Shown here in pieces: positions 1 to 9,639 of a stretch of 35,268 bases of DNA. Each line of letters starts with the position of its first letter. Position 1 is the stretch's first letter. This stretch comes from an uncultured Candidatus Saccharibacteria bacterium (GTDB taxonomy: Bacteria; Patescibacteriota; Minisyncoccia; Minisyncoccales; CAZBVF01). The translations under genes and the position numbers were made by a program. The notes beneath the pieces were generated by a model. That model saw nothing but the letters and a program-made list of their open reading frames with translations. It had not been told where the DNA came from and did not search any database. The stretch covers positions 102,993-138,260 of the forward strand of contig CAZKKG010000001.1 in the NCBI GenBank assembly GCA_964553275.1. The letters are read 5' to 3'.

Positions 1-74
1 TCCTCTGGAGTTTCTGGAGTTTTATTCTCTGGAGTTTCTGGAGTTTTATTGGCGGTCGAAGATATCTCCTCCAT
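1..74 (-). CDS. Partial hypothetical protein (start only, runs off the window); MEEISSTANKTPETPENKTPETPE...
   Basis: ATG at 74-72 lies 1 nt after the VirB4 stop, and the frame is open to the window edge. Confidence 0.6.
   Translation of the reverse strand, partial: MEEISSTANKTPETPENKTPETPE
3..50. repeat. 24-bp tandem direct repeat x2 (CTCTGGAGTTTCTGGAGTTTTATT), encoding NKTPETPE x2 on the minus strand
   Basis: Two identical adjacent copies at 3-26 and 27-50. Confidence 0.9.
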
Positions 75-75
75 A

Positions 76-3000
76 TTACTTTATCTCTCCTTTTAAGGTT
101 TGTTTTGCTTTTCTAATTTTCAGGACCTCTTCGGGAGAAGTGGTGACAAACTGATCTTCACCGTAAGACGCAACGACTTTCATTAAGACATGTTTTGAGC
201 CGGCAAAGAACAATCCGTCCCCTACAGGTGTTTCTATGAGGACGTTTTTTTCTCCGTCGGTCAAGTCAAAAGTCTTTTGAACGATTTCAATCATTGCAGG
301 ACTCTGCTTCATTAATATATGCAGGGCGGAATTGGTAATAATTGGTTTTCCGTAGTCAGATTTCATAAAGTCAATTACGTCTTGGGTTACGGTTGTAACT
401 CCGAGCCAATATTTCCTTGCCCTTTTTACGATTCCAAACAGGAAAGAAGCACCGTCTTCGTTTTTCATCATCCACCATGCTTCGTCTATTACCAAGATTC
501 TTTTTTTAAGCTCGCTTTTTACGGTGTTCCAAATATACCTAATAATGGTAAATATTGCTATTGGTCTTAATTCGTCCTCCATGTCCCGAATACCGAAAAC
601 TACCATCTTGTTTTTCATATCAATATTTGAGGGTTGGTTAAAGAAGTTGGCATAGGTTCCTTTGGTAAACTTTCTCAATCTGACCAAAAGAGAATCAGTG
701 CCCTCCATTGTTTCTAAAACGCTTTCTAAATCTTCCAGTAAGGGAGTGTTATTTTCCCATGTCTTAGGATCGGAAAATGGAGTGATGTCTTTGGAAGCGT
801 AAGTTTCCGCTAATGCCCTGTCCATGATGGCGTCTTCTTCGGGAGTCATTCCTTTAAGCATGATTCTCAAAAGTCCTACCAGGTTAATTACATTGGTCCT
901 GATGATATCTGCTGCTTCTTCATCCTCTCTGGGCAGGGGCAAATCAAAAGGATTAATGTGGTTTTTTGAAGACAGAGATATGCTGAAAAAAGACCCTCCC
1001 ACTGCATCTGACAGGAACTTGTATTCGTTCTCGGGGTCTATCACTATGCAGTCGACTCCAATCATCAAAGAGCGGAGGATTTCAAGCTTAATGGCATAAG
1101 AATTATGAACAAACATTCCTCCTCTACCGGCTAAAAATACTTCATTATCTACGGTTAAGTCATAAACATACTTTTCTTTTTTCCTTTTTATCTTTTTAAT
1201 CTTGGCAATTGGATCCCAGAATAAATCAGAATTTACTAAAGTTTTTAGTTGAGCTAATTTTTCTTCAATCTGGGAAATTTTGTTTATTAACACCTCTTGA
1301 TAATTCTGCTGAACATAATGAGCAGACCTCTGAATTAATTCATAACAGGTATTACTTTGAAACCCTTGATTTAAAGCACTTTCTAAATTAGGATTGAAAT
1401 ATTTCATCGTTAAATCCATCTCTCGGAAGCCGTTATGAATTGCTGTCTTGACTTCTGGCAAAGAGTAAGAATTTCCATTAATAATCTTTATTGCCTTAAA
1501 TACGTTAATTGACCTAGGTTTTACTTTCCTATTTTTTATTAACTGCCAACTGTGGTTTAAGGTTTGCCATAGAGCTCTATTTAACTTTTTGTCATTTTCC
1601 CCCAAATTTATAATCTCAGCTAATTCGGGCAATTCGGTTAAAATTTTAAAAGTAGAAGACAAATTTTTAAAATGCTGGATTTTTTCTTCAATTTTATTGA
1701 TTACTCTTTGGAGATGTTGGGGAGAAGGGTTTCTTTTTCCACTTTTCCAATCTACAATATCGTGAATCCCATAGAGTATTGGTGGAAAGATTTGCTGAAT
1801 TTCTGAAAAAATTGTTCCAATTTCCGGAATAAGGTCAACATTAGTATTCCCCTGTTTTTTTATGGTTTCTGAAAGTTGCTGCTTTTTCCTTTTTGAAATA
1901 AAATTAATATTTTTAGCGAACTTTCTAAGATTATCCTGGCCCGAAATAGTAATTTTCCAATACTCTCTTTTTCTTTTCCAATCAGAATTAGCAGCCCGTT
2001 TTCTTGTTTTTGAGATTCTTCCAATAATTCCAAAACAATAAAGAAGATAACTAAGTTCGGAAATTAACTGGGGAGATTTTGAAGTGGTTGAAATGTAAAT
2101 ATTTTTTTCAACCCCGCCATCTCCCTCAAAATATGCTGATAAATATTGGGCAATCTTTTCTCTTTTTGAACTAAAAATAAACGGCAGGACCTTCTTTTGG
2201 TTGGACTTCCCTTCTCCTCCCAAAGCTTTAATTATTTCAACAAAGACCCTTGAGGCAATAATGACTCCTCGATTCCCGTAATAAAAGGGAATTCCCAATT
2301 TTTTAAGGGAAAAATCGATATCCTGAAGAATCTCTCCGTCTTTATTGCTAACCATTATTGCTTTGTTTCCAATCATTCCTTCGGCACATATGTAGCCGGC
2401 TATTTTTAGGAGTTCAGCAGTTATTGGGAACTTAATGCCTAAAGAATATTTCTTCTTTCCGTTTTTAGATACGATTCTTAATTCTTTAAGTTTTTCATCA
2501 TTTGGCTTAATCGAAAGGAAATTCAAAATTTTCCAAAGATATTTTATTGGTATGACTCTACTGTCACGATATTTATAAAGATAACGATCAAGTTGACTAT
2601 CGATATTTGCATTTTTTAAAACTCTATAATTTTCTTGAATTAAATGTTCAGCTCCTTTAACATAAATATTTTTTGAATTTTTAAGCAATTTTAAGAGATT
2701 AAAAGATTTTAAAGGATTCTGGCTTTCAGGGATATTTCTAGGCAGGGGAATAAATTCTCCTTCTTTTATTTCAGAACTTTTAGCAGCCATCACTTTTCCG
2801 TTTCTAAGAATTAACATATTATGATCTCCGGTAGTAGTGATTTCTCTGCCGCTCCGAGTAGTAAATTTATAAAAGATATCCGGCGCTTTTTTTCTCATTG
2901 CTACCGTAACCTTGCTCCACCTTCCTTTAAGGTTTTCATCAAAACTGTAAACTTCGATTTCTGGATTAATTACCCCCTCCATTTCTTCATCGATAGGAAT

Positions 3001-3882
3001 GGTTCCATGTTTCTTAATTAAATTTTCAATTAAAGGGCCAATTCTTATTAGTTGGATTCTATTTTTGTTTTTTATTAAAACCGGCTCATTCCCATGGATT
3101 GTTTTTCCGGAACCTGCCACTCCAAAAACAGTGGAGTTTGCGTTCTCCAGGGAAAATCTGTCAAAAAGTATCAGGGAGTTGTTATGCTGGTTTATTCCAT
3201 ACAATATCCCTTGGTTCGAGCTTAGATCAAAAGAAATGAAGGGAAATATGCTGGATAAGGGAGCGGTATTCATTGGCGTGTGAACCAAAAGCAGGTCTCG
3301 TCCGTAGGGGGCGGTCGAATTAAACCCCATGTTTTGCTGGTAAAGGGCAGGCTTGATATAGACTAGCCTTGATTCTAAAACTGATCTTAGATCCATTTCT
3401 ATCTTTCCCATTTCTTTTTCGTTCTCAGCATATACCGTTATGTATATTCCGAATTCAAACATTCTTTCCTGAGCCGTAATTAATTTATCTCTTAATTGTT
3501 CCAGATCCCTGTGCGCTGTTTCCAGGGCGGGGTCTCTTATTAATCCCTTTTCTTCCCTTTCCATCATCTCAGCTTGGGCTTCTGTTACCCTTTTCCTTAA
3601 TTGTTTTAAAGTGAGATTTACATCAACGGGATGTAAAAAAAGAGCAACATCCATTGGAATCCCAAGGTTAATCACGGGAGAAAACCACCCCGTGCTTAAA
3701 TATCTGGGGTAGGAAAAAATGAAGAAGGTTTTAGCAATCCTTTCCCCTATTTTTATACAGTTCTGCCTAACTTCAATCAAAGAAGGGGCAATGATGTCCT
3801 GAAGATCTATGCTTGCCTCTTTATATACTTCCGGTATTTGTTTTTTTCTGCCGAAGAACGGCATCTTCTTAAATATTCTCAT
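76..3882 (-). CDS. VirB4/TraC-like type IV secretion ATPase, intein-containing (about 601 aa after splicing)
   Basis: Walker A GVAGSGK|S is split by the intein. Also VIDPENEY, Walker B LVIDEAW and RARKY..TTVTQ, with an adjacent PrgI-like gene. Confidence 0.9.
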   Translation of the reverse strand: MRIFKKMPFFGRKKQIPEVYKEASIDLQDIIAPSLIEVRQNCIKIGERIAKTFFIFSYPRYLSTGWFSPVINLGIPMDVALFLHPVDVNLTLKQLRKRVTEAQAEMMEREEKGLIRDPALETAHRDLEQLRDKLITAQERMFEFGIYITVYAENEKEMGKIEMDLRSVLESRLVYIKPALYQQNMGFNSTAPYGRDLLLVHTPMNTAPLSSIFPFISFDLSSNQGILYGINQHNNSLILFDRFSLENANSTVFGVAGSGKTIHGNEPVLIKNKNRIQLIRIGPLIENLIKKHGTIPIDEEMEGVINPEIEVYSFDENLKGRWSKVTVAMRKKAPDIFYKFTTRSGREITTTGDHNMLILRNGKVMAAKSSEIKEGEFIPLPRNIPESQNPLKSFNLLKLLKNSKNIYVKGAEHLIQENYRVLKNANIDSQLDRYLYKYRDSRVIPIKYLWKILNFLSIKPNDEKLKELRIVSKNGKKKYSLGIKFPITAELLKIAGYICAEGMIGNKAIMVSNKDGEILQDIDFSLKKLGIPFYYGNRGVIIASRVFVEIIKALGGEGKSNQKKVLPFIFSSKREKIAQYLSAYFEGDGGVEKNIYISTTSKSPQLISELSYLLYCFGIIGRISKTRKRAANSDWKRKREYWKITISGQDNLRKFAKNINFISKRKKQQLSETIKKQGNTNVDLIPEIGTIFSEIQQIFPPILYGIHDIVDWKSGKRNPSPQHLQRVINKIEEKIQHFKNLSSTFKILTELPELAEIINLGENDKKLNRALWQTLNHSWQLIKNRKVKPRSINVFKAIKIINGNSYSLPEVKTAIHNGFREMDLTMKYFNPNLESALNQGFQSNTCYELIQRSAHYVQQNYQEVLINKISQIEEKLAQLKTLVNSDLFWDPIAKIKKIKRKKEKYVYDLTVDNEVFLAGRGGMFVHNSYAIKLEILRSLMIGVDCIVIDPENEYKFLSDAVGGSFFSISLSSKNHINPFDLPLPREDEEAADIIRTNVINLVGLLRIMLKGMTPEEDAIMDRALAETYASKDITPFSDPKTWENNTPLLEDLESVLETMEGTDSLLVRLRKFTKGTYANFFNQPSNIDMKNKMVVFGIRDMEDELRPIAIFTIIRYIWNTVKSELKKRILVIDEAWWMMKNEDGASFLFGIVKRARKYWLGVTTVTQDVIDFMKSDYGKPIITNSALHILMKQSPAMIEIVQKTFDLTDGEKNVLIETPVGDGLFFAGSKHVLMKVVASYGEDQFVTTSPEEVLKIRKAKQTLKGEIK
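1102..3102 (-). mobile_element. Intein with LAGLIDADG homing endonuclease, 667 aa (residues 261-927)
   Basis: Starts TIHGNEPVLI after GSGK. Block B TTGDH, endonuclease motifs IAGYICAEG and LSAYFEGDG, block F VYDLTV, ends VHN followed by Ser+1. Removal restores GSGKSYAIKLE. Confidence 0.95.
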
Positions 3883-3889
3883 AATATGT

Positions 3890-4522
3890 TTACATAATTT
3901 CTGGAGGAACTTCCGGGTAATATCCGACTTCTGCCTGCTGGGGATGATGCAAGCTCCAGAAAAGCTCGACTAATTCAGGGGTAGTTAAAGGGATTGCATT
4001 AAGCCCGCATCTTCTTAGGCCGAGGGCTAAGAATTCCATTCTCTGCCAAAGCTGGTCTTTTGCTCTTTGAAAATCTTCCTCTTTGAGTACGGGCATCGCC
4101 GCTTTTTTAATCTTGCTCGTTACTGAACCTTTTTCTTCCACAACGGAATAAGGGACCACAACATAGAAGTGCTTGGTCATAATAGAACCTTCCCCTATTA
4201 TATCTTCAACGAATTTTCTGTATTCTGCGGTTTGAATTCGAAGAAGTTCATTGTTTTGTCCTTTTTCCAGCTCTTTTAACTTGTCTATATATCCGGTCAT
4301 ATTCAATCTTCTGGTCTGGATTGAAATCTGGCACATAAAATCAAGAGAGTTCAAAAAACTCTGGAATTGATATATGATAGCATTTTGTTCTTCAACCGGT
4401 TTCAAAGCGAAGTTCAAGGAAGAAACCATCATTATTCCCCTTAAGGCGTTGTTCTTAAGTATTAATACCCCGTTCCTTATCTCTTTTAATTCTAAAAACT
4501 TTTGAGTGCTAAAATCTGCCAT
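3890..4522 (-). CDS. Conserved VirB4-associated (TraC-like) protein
   Basis: STQKFL..EIRNG..VSSLNFALK..EQNAII..FQSFLNSLDF pattern typical of the gene preceding virB4 in CPR; operonic position. Confidence 0.7.
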   Translation of the reverse strand: MADFSTQKFLELKEIRNGVLILKNNALRGIMMVSSLNFALKPVEEQNAIIYQFQSFLNSLDFMCQISIQTRRLNMTGYIDKLKELEKGQNNELLRIQTAEYRKFVEDIIGEGSIMTKHFYVVVPYSVVEEKGSVTSKIKKAAMPVLKEEDFQRAKDQLWQRMEFLALGLRRCGLNAIPLTTPELVELFWSLHHPQQAEVGYYPEVPPEIM

Positions 4523-4546
4523 AAATATTTAAGCTCTTTTAATATT

Positions 4547-4951
4547 TTATCTTTCCCCCATCTCTATCTTAGTTGAAAGCTTTTTTAACCTGCTTTTGCC
4601 TGCAATATCTAAAATAGGAGCTTCTTTCTTTTCTTCCTCCACTTCCTTCTTTTTAATAAGTTTTGGAGGAGAATCGCTTTTTTTCCAAAGATATACCTTT
4701 GAGGAAGCGGAAAAATAGAAGAAATTTTTAATTACAGTAGGCATGGGGATTCCCTGTACTTTTCCGAAAGCCAAAAAAGAGCTTCCTCCGATAAACACAA
4801 TAAGGCCGAGCAGAAAGACATAGAAAGGGGTACTGTAATAAAGGACAACGCATATTGCCCCGGCAATTCCAAGATATATTGACTGTTCAAAGGTGAAAGG
4901 CCCTACGATTTTCGGCTTTCTCTGAATAAATTTTGGAACAAGAAAAGGCAT
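4547..4951 (-). CDS. PrgI-family (VirB3-like) membrane protein
   Basis: VPKFI..KPKIVGPFTFEQ N-terminal motif, two TM helices, KVQGIP and VYLWKK. Confidence 0.8.
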   Translation of the reverse strand: MPFLVPKFIQRKPKIVGPFTFEQSIYLGIAGAICVVLYYSTPFYVFLLGLIVFIGGSSFLAFGKVQGIPMPTVIKNFFYFSASSKVYLWKKSDSPPKLIKKKEVEEEKKEAPILDIAGKSRLKKLSTKIEMGER

Positions 4952-4980
4952 AATATTAATGAGATAGAATCTTCTTTATC

Positions 4981-5379
4981 TTATTCAATTTCAACAGGCT
5001 CTCGGTAGACATCCTTTTTCGGTGGTTTTTTTTCTTCCTCTTTGCTTTCTGCAGGATATTCCATGTCGTAAAGCTCGCTCAAACTGCGTTTGACGGAAGA
5101 AAGAATAAAGCGGTTAATTTCGATGAAAACTTTCTCAGCTTTCTCTTTGCTCAGTTTAATTTCCCTTTCTAAAACACTTTTAAGCTCCTTCGGAGAGGTA
5201 ATTCCCAGAAAAACATCTCCCACTGCTTTTGCTATCTCTGAAATATCCTCTTCTTCTATGCCGTTTCTGGTACATATATTCCAAATATCATTCGCTGTTT
5301 CTTCTGAGAAAATTGCATTCTTTAAATCCTGAGGAAGGTTTTCATAAAGTTTCCAAAGCTGTTCTTTGGTATATTTCAT
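4981..5379 (-). CDS. Hypothetical protein, helical, in the T4SS-like cluster
   Basis: 132-aa ORF co-oriented with the prgI-like gene; LPQDLKNAIFS and C-terminal DVYREP. Confidence 0.7.
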   Translation of the reverse strand: MKYTKEQLWKLYENLPQDLKNAIFSEETANDIWNICTRNGIEEEDISEIAKAVGDVFLGITSPKELKSVLEREIKLSKEKAEKVFIEINRFILSSVKRSLSELYDMEYPAESKEEEKKPPKKDVYREPVEIE

Positions 5380-5482
5380 ATTTTTGTGTATTCACACAGA
5401 TATATTTGATTTACCTTATTTTACATCTTCTCTAATTTTATCACAAATAAGGAATATAAACTATAGATGTTAAAACTTGTCA

Positions 5483-5501
5483 GTTGAGGTCAAACCTCAA
5501 C
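5483..5501. repeat. Short intergenic palindrome GTTGAGGT-CAA-ACCTCAAC (REP-like)
   Basis: Perfect 8-bp arms; the core GGTCAAACC is shared with 17800-17816. Confidence 0.7.
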
Positions 5502-5512
5502 CAGCTATTCTA

Positions 5513-5541
5513 TTGACAATATTATTGTTTTATTGTAGAAT
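5513..5541 (+). promoter_or_regulatory. Sigma70-type promoter for the SPFH gene
   Basis: TTGACA-17 nt-TAGAAT. Confidence 0.7.
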
Positions 5542-5605
5542 AAGCTATTAGTAAATTTAAAATAAAATAAGGAAAGAATAAAATATAGAAAGGATGTGAA
5601 GTGAA

Positions 5606-6511
5606 ATGTTAGTAATAGTAGTATGGTCTATCATTGTTTTGGTAATAGTTGTCTTTTCTCTCGCAGGATATACAACAGCTCAACAACAAGAGAGAAGGAT
5701 AGTTGAGTTTTTCGGAAAATATTCTAAAACTCTTCGTCCTGGTCTTCGATGGATAGTTCCTGGTGCGATGAAGATAAGAGCAACTGTTTTAATTTGGGAG
5801 CAATCTATTCCATTGTTTAGTGAGCCGGTAAAAATTGATTTCAAAGACGGGTCAGCGGTTCCAAAAGGGGCCGAGGCCTTTGTAAAGACTAAAAGTCCAG
5901 ACATTCCTTATAAGGTTGGCGATGATGACAAAGCAAAGAGCGGAGCATATAGGGCTGTTTATGAAATCGACAATTGGAAGACGGCTATAAAGAAATTAAT
6001 TGAAAACACCATTCGAAGTTATTTAAATGGCTTGACAATTGACGAAGGTGTGACAATGAAAAAAGCGGGGTTTGACTTAAAGGATAGATTTCCCAAAGAA
6101 GAATTAAAAAGAATTGAAACTGCTCTTGCTTCTTGGGGGTTTGAATTAAAAAAAGTGACTGTTACGGACTTTGATCTTGAGGCAGATTTAGTTAAGGCTA
6201 GGGGCGAGGTTCAAAAGAGGAAAAGAAAAAGAGAAACATCTGAAGAAGAAAGAAAAATAAGAGCTTTGGAAACTATGGGTTCGCTGATTTCGATGATATC
6301 TCTTTACACGGGCGAAGAAGAAGAAGATATTCAGAAAGAAATACGGAACAACAAAAAGTTAAAGAAGAAATTCTTTGATGTTTCTACAGATCTGATTACC
6401 AGAAGAATGAGTATAGATGGCAATGCTTTAACTGATATCAGAACACAGGGAGGTGATGAAGGTTTCAAGGGAGGCTTTCTCGATCTAATAGCTGCTTACA
6501 AAAAAATATAA
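5606..6511 (+). CDS. SPFH/Band 7 (stomatin/prohibitin-like) membrane protein
   Basis: N-terminal TM, then ERRIVEFFGKYSKTLRPGLRWIVP and WGFELKKVTVTD, with a coiled-coil tail. Confidence 0.8.
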   Translation: MLVIVVWSIIVLVIVVFSLAGYTTAQQQERRIVEFFGKYSKTLRPGLRWIVPGAMKIRATVLIWEQSIPLFSEPVKIDFKDGSAVPKGAEAFVKTKSPDIPYKVGDDDKAKSGAYRAVYEIDNWKTAIKKLIENTIRSYLNGLTIDEGVTMKKAGFDLKDRFPKEELKRIETALASWGFELKKVTVTDFDLEADLVKARGEVQKRKRKRETSEEERKIRALETMGSLISMISLYTGEEEEDIQKEIRNNKKLKKKFFDVSTDLITRRMSIDGNALTDIRTQGGDEGFKGGFLDLIAAYKKI

Positions 6512-6521
6512 GAATATTAAA

Positions 6522-6552
6522 AAAGAGGGTCTTTCGGCCCTCTTTGATTTTT
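6522..6552. terminator. Bidirectional intrinsic terminator between convergent genes
   Basis: AAAGAGGGTC-TTTC-GGCCCTCTTT stem with A and T tracts on either side. Confidence 0.75.
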
Positions 6553-6563
6553 GTTCTACATTT

Positions 6564-8786
6564 CTATTTTTGCCCCACGTCTCCTTCTTTTCTTTCTACA
6601 GCACCTCCCTCTCCAGTATCTGGGATTTTTCTTTTCTTTTTTTTCTTTTCTTCTCCTTCAATAAAGGTATCTTTTTTTTCTTTTTCCTTCACTTTCTTTA
6701 AGAATTCTGCCACTGAACCAGAAGGCTCTCTTTTAGATATGATATAATCAACTATTTTTTTATTCTCTTCGTACGCCTGCTCGTTTGGCTTTTTTGGATC
6801 TGGAAGGCCGACTCCCAAGTTTCCGGCAGCGCTGCCTTTGAGGTATTTATTAAGGCGGGAATTATTCTTTTCAAGCCAGCCGGGCTCTTTAAATTCTATT
6901 GCATCTATGTCCTTTTGAAACCTGTCAAGGAAACTTCTTCCAAAGGCATCAGCTGCCTTGCTTATCTGGGCCCCTTCCCAGAATCTCACTATAGCTCTTC
7001 GTACATTAGGATCTTCAAAACTTTCTTCTTCTATTTTGTGAACCTCGGAAGCTTTTACTTTGGAAATTATCTTTTCTGCAGAACTTGTAATTCCCTTCGC
7101 AATATCTTCTTTTGTTATATCTATCCCTATTTGTTTTGCGGTTTCAGGAGACACCTTTTCTCTTAATTCATCAGCCAACTTAGGCGTGGCAATAATCATT
7201 TTTTTAGAGAGGTCCGGATCAAGATCCGACGCTTCTTTATTTATGCTTAGTATTTCCTTTTTACCAAGGCCACGTTTCTTTAAATCACCTATTTGGCCTT
7301 TTTCTATTGCCCCCTTGAGCGCTCCGATTTTATCTTCTTTGGTACCCGTCACTATAGTGGAAATGTTTCTGTCAGGACTGGAACCCTCTGCTTTTTTGGC
7401 CACTCTTTCAACATCTGCCTTTAGGGATTCTTCTATTGCCAGACCCGTCTTGCCAATACCTCTTCTAACGGCCCAATAAGGGGAAGTAAGCACATTGGCA
7501 AATCCTCCGGCGAATCTTTTAGCTTTTCCTCCAAAACCTTCTTGTTCTTTACCCCATTTTGAAAACGGAGAAACCAGACTCGACTCTCTTTCAAGTCTTT
7601 CTTTTGCCTTTTTCGGCATAACATTTAGCGCGGCGCTTTTTGCTCTCTCTCCTGCTCTTTTCTTTGCGGCATCCCAGGGTTTTTGTACTGCAGCCTTTCC
7701 TGCTCCTTTGAACCCTGACACAATAACTTCCGACCCCATTGCCGAGAGTTTAAGAGACATTACCAGACCAAAAATTAGAAAGCCCAAAGGAACAGAATAG
7801 ACAATAATTTCGTTTAGAACCCCTACTTCACTTGTATTCCATCCCAATACGTCTCCAAGGGCCTGCCCAGGTTCATTTGGGTTAACCATTCCTGTCAAAA
7901 CGTGCTCTCCTAGATAAAGGAAGAAGGCGGCTATTACTCCCACAAATGACCATTGTATCAAGTGTCCCCACCATTGTTCCCAGATTTTTTTAGTGGCGGG
8001 CAGAATATAGCAGACAAAAGCCAGGGGTGATAAGATTACTAACATCCAAATAGCGATGTATCTTAGCAAAAATATGAAGGCAAACATTAGTAGAACAAAA
8101 AACGATATAAGGTTGAAGGTAATTAAAGCCAGGGATTCGGTTAATTTTGATATCTGTTCGGTGGTTTTAAGGATCTGCCATCCGGGTATTACCCTGTCTG
8201 CCATTGAAAGTATTTGATTTGTTAGCTGCCTTAATCCCGAAGTATTCTCTAAGAAATAGTTCATCATGATGTTTGCAGCATCAACAATTACACCGCATAT
8301 CACATGAGAGAAGTTCACCAGCAAGGCCACGGCAATTAGCTTAAAAAGAAGTTTTTGCGTTTCGTAATTCTTTGTTCTGAGAATGGTTGTGAAGGCAATA
8401 ACAATTAAAGCCAACACCAAGCCTATGTTTACAAAACTTCTGGTTACATCTAATCCGAGTTTGATAATTTCATTTTTAGCAGGGTTGGTATATGAAAGCG
8501 AGACAAAAGCATCGCCGGTCACCCATTGTAAAAGACCTCCGGCTATGGCAGCCAAAGCCCCTGTTGCTAAAAGTATTACCTGAGCAAAAACATTTATGAG
8601 TGCGTAGGGAATAAAAGTGACTGCTCCTACTATCCAATCCCACCAGGCAGCAAAGGTTAAATTAGGAAAAAACAAAAAGCTTGCTGAAATTAGAGCAAGG
8701 CAAACTAAAAATATCTTCTTGCCCAAAGAGGGCAGAAAAAACTTTTTAACTTTTTCTTTAAAATTAACCATTGTTTTATTATACAC
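6564..8786 (-). CDS. VirB6/TrbL-like polytopic membrane protein with a long cytoplasmic tail (start may be ATG 8771)
   Basis: Many TM segments, ALLVNFS and LLRYIAIWMLVILSPLAF..LP...WW signature; near virB4. Confidence 0.75.
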   Translation of the reverse strand: MYNKTMVNFKEKVKKFFLPSLGKKIFLVCLALISASFLFFPNLTFAAWWDWIVGAVTFIPYALINVFAQVILLATGALAAIAGGLLQWVTGDAFVSLSYTNPAKNEIIKLGLDVTRSFVNIGLVLALIVIAFTTILRTKNYETQKLLFKLIAVALLVNFSHVICGVIVDAANIMMNYFLENTSGLRQLTNQILSMADRVIPGWQILKTTEQISKLTESLALITFNLISFFVLLMFAFIFLLRYIAIWMLVILSPLAFVCYILPATKKIWEQWWGHLIQWSFVGVIAAFFLYLGEHVLTGMVNPNEPGQALGDVLGWNTSEVGVLNEIIVYSVPLGFLIFGLVMSLKLSAMGSEVIVSGFKGAGKAAVQKPWDAAKKRAGERAKSAALNVMPKKAKERLERESSLVSPFSKWGKEQEGFGGKAKRFAGGFANVLTSPYWAVRRGIGKTGLAIEESLKADVERVAKKAEGSSPDRNISTIVTGTKEDKIGALKGAIEKGQIGDLKKRGLGKKEILSINKEASDLDPDLSKKMIIATPKLADELREKVSPETAKQIGIDITKEDIAKGITSSAEKIISKVKASEVHKIEEESFEDPNVRRAIVRFWEGAQISKAADAFGRSFLDRFQKDIDAIEFKEPGWLEKNNSRLNKYLKGSAAGNLGVGLPDPKKPNEQAYEENKKIVDYIISKREPSGSVAEFLKKVKEKEKKDTFIEGEEKKKKKRKIPDTGEGGAVERKEGDVGQK

Positions 8787-8793
8787 CCTGATT

Positions 8794-9639
8794 TTAAAAC
8801 AATAAATAGTTTTTAAAACTTTTTGTTAATCTTTTCCATTCTTCAATGTTCAAAGTTTCTGCTCTTCTTCCCGGATCTATACTGTTTTTTATAAGCTGCA
8901 ATTTCGTTTCCTCCTTGTTTAATTTTAACACTTTTGAAAGATTGTTTAAAATCTTTTTCCTGGGATGGGAAAACCCCGCCTTGACGATTTTAAAAAACAA
9001 ATCAGCGTTAATCGGCTTTTTACCAGCATTAATCAGTGGCGTTATCCGGAGAATGGCAGAATCTACTTTTGGACTGGGCCAGAAATTCTTTTTTGAAACG
9101 TAAGTTATTGTCTTAGGTTTTGAATAGAACTGGACAGAAACAGCAAGCATGCTCATTTTAGGAGGGGAAGCCGTTATTCTCTGAGCTAATTCTTTCTGTA
9201 TTATCAATACCATTGATTCCGGTTTTTTCTCGCATTCTAAGAATTTTCTGATCAATGCAGACGTAATATAATATGGAATATTTCCGCATAACTTGTAGGA
9301 TGAAACTCCAGAGATTTCTTTATCGGACTCCTTTAGGATATCTCCTTTGATAAACTTGATATTTTTAAGGTTCTTAAGATTTTCTTTTGATATTTCAACC
9401 ATTTTTTCATCTTTTTCAATTGCAATAACCGTTTTTGCCCTTTGAGATAATTTTTCAGTCAAAAATCCCGTTCCCGACCCCGCTTCAACCACAACATCTT
9501 CCTTAGAAAGCTGCAAAGCTTCTATAAATTTATCAGCTGCTTTCTCGTTAATAAGGAAATTCTGTCCTAATTTTTTTAGAGGACAGATTCCGCGTTCTTT
9601 TAACTGCTTTTTTAAATTCTTGAGATTCGTTCCATTCAT
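8794..9639 (-). CDS. rsmA: 16S rRNA adenine dimethyltransferase RsmA/KsgA
   Basis: LGQNFL, EAGSGTG, IEKD, GNIPYYITS and FWPSPKVDS. Confidence 0.95.
   Translation of the reverse strand: MNGTNLKNLKKQLKERGICPLKKLGQNFLINEKAADKFIEALQLSKEDVVVEAGSGTGFLTEKLSQRAKTVIAIEKDEKMVEISKENLKNLKNIKFIKGDILKESDKEISGVSSYKLCGNIPYYITSALIRKFLECEKKPESMVLIIQKELAQRITASPPKMSMLAVSVQFYSKPKTITYVSKKNFWPSPKVDSAILRITPLINAGKKPINADLFFKIVKAGFSHPRKKILNNLSKVLKLNKEETKLQLIKNSIDPGRRAETLNIEEWKRLTKSFKNYLLF

Noticed and set aside
3-50. Repeat at the window start as a CRISPR array
   Set aside because: The copies are adjacent with no spacers, the unit length is a multiple of 3 and in frame in a CDS, and there are no cas genes
76-8786. 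ICE or conjugative element
   Set aside because: No relaxase, integrase or att sites visible, and it is contiguous with rsmA
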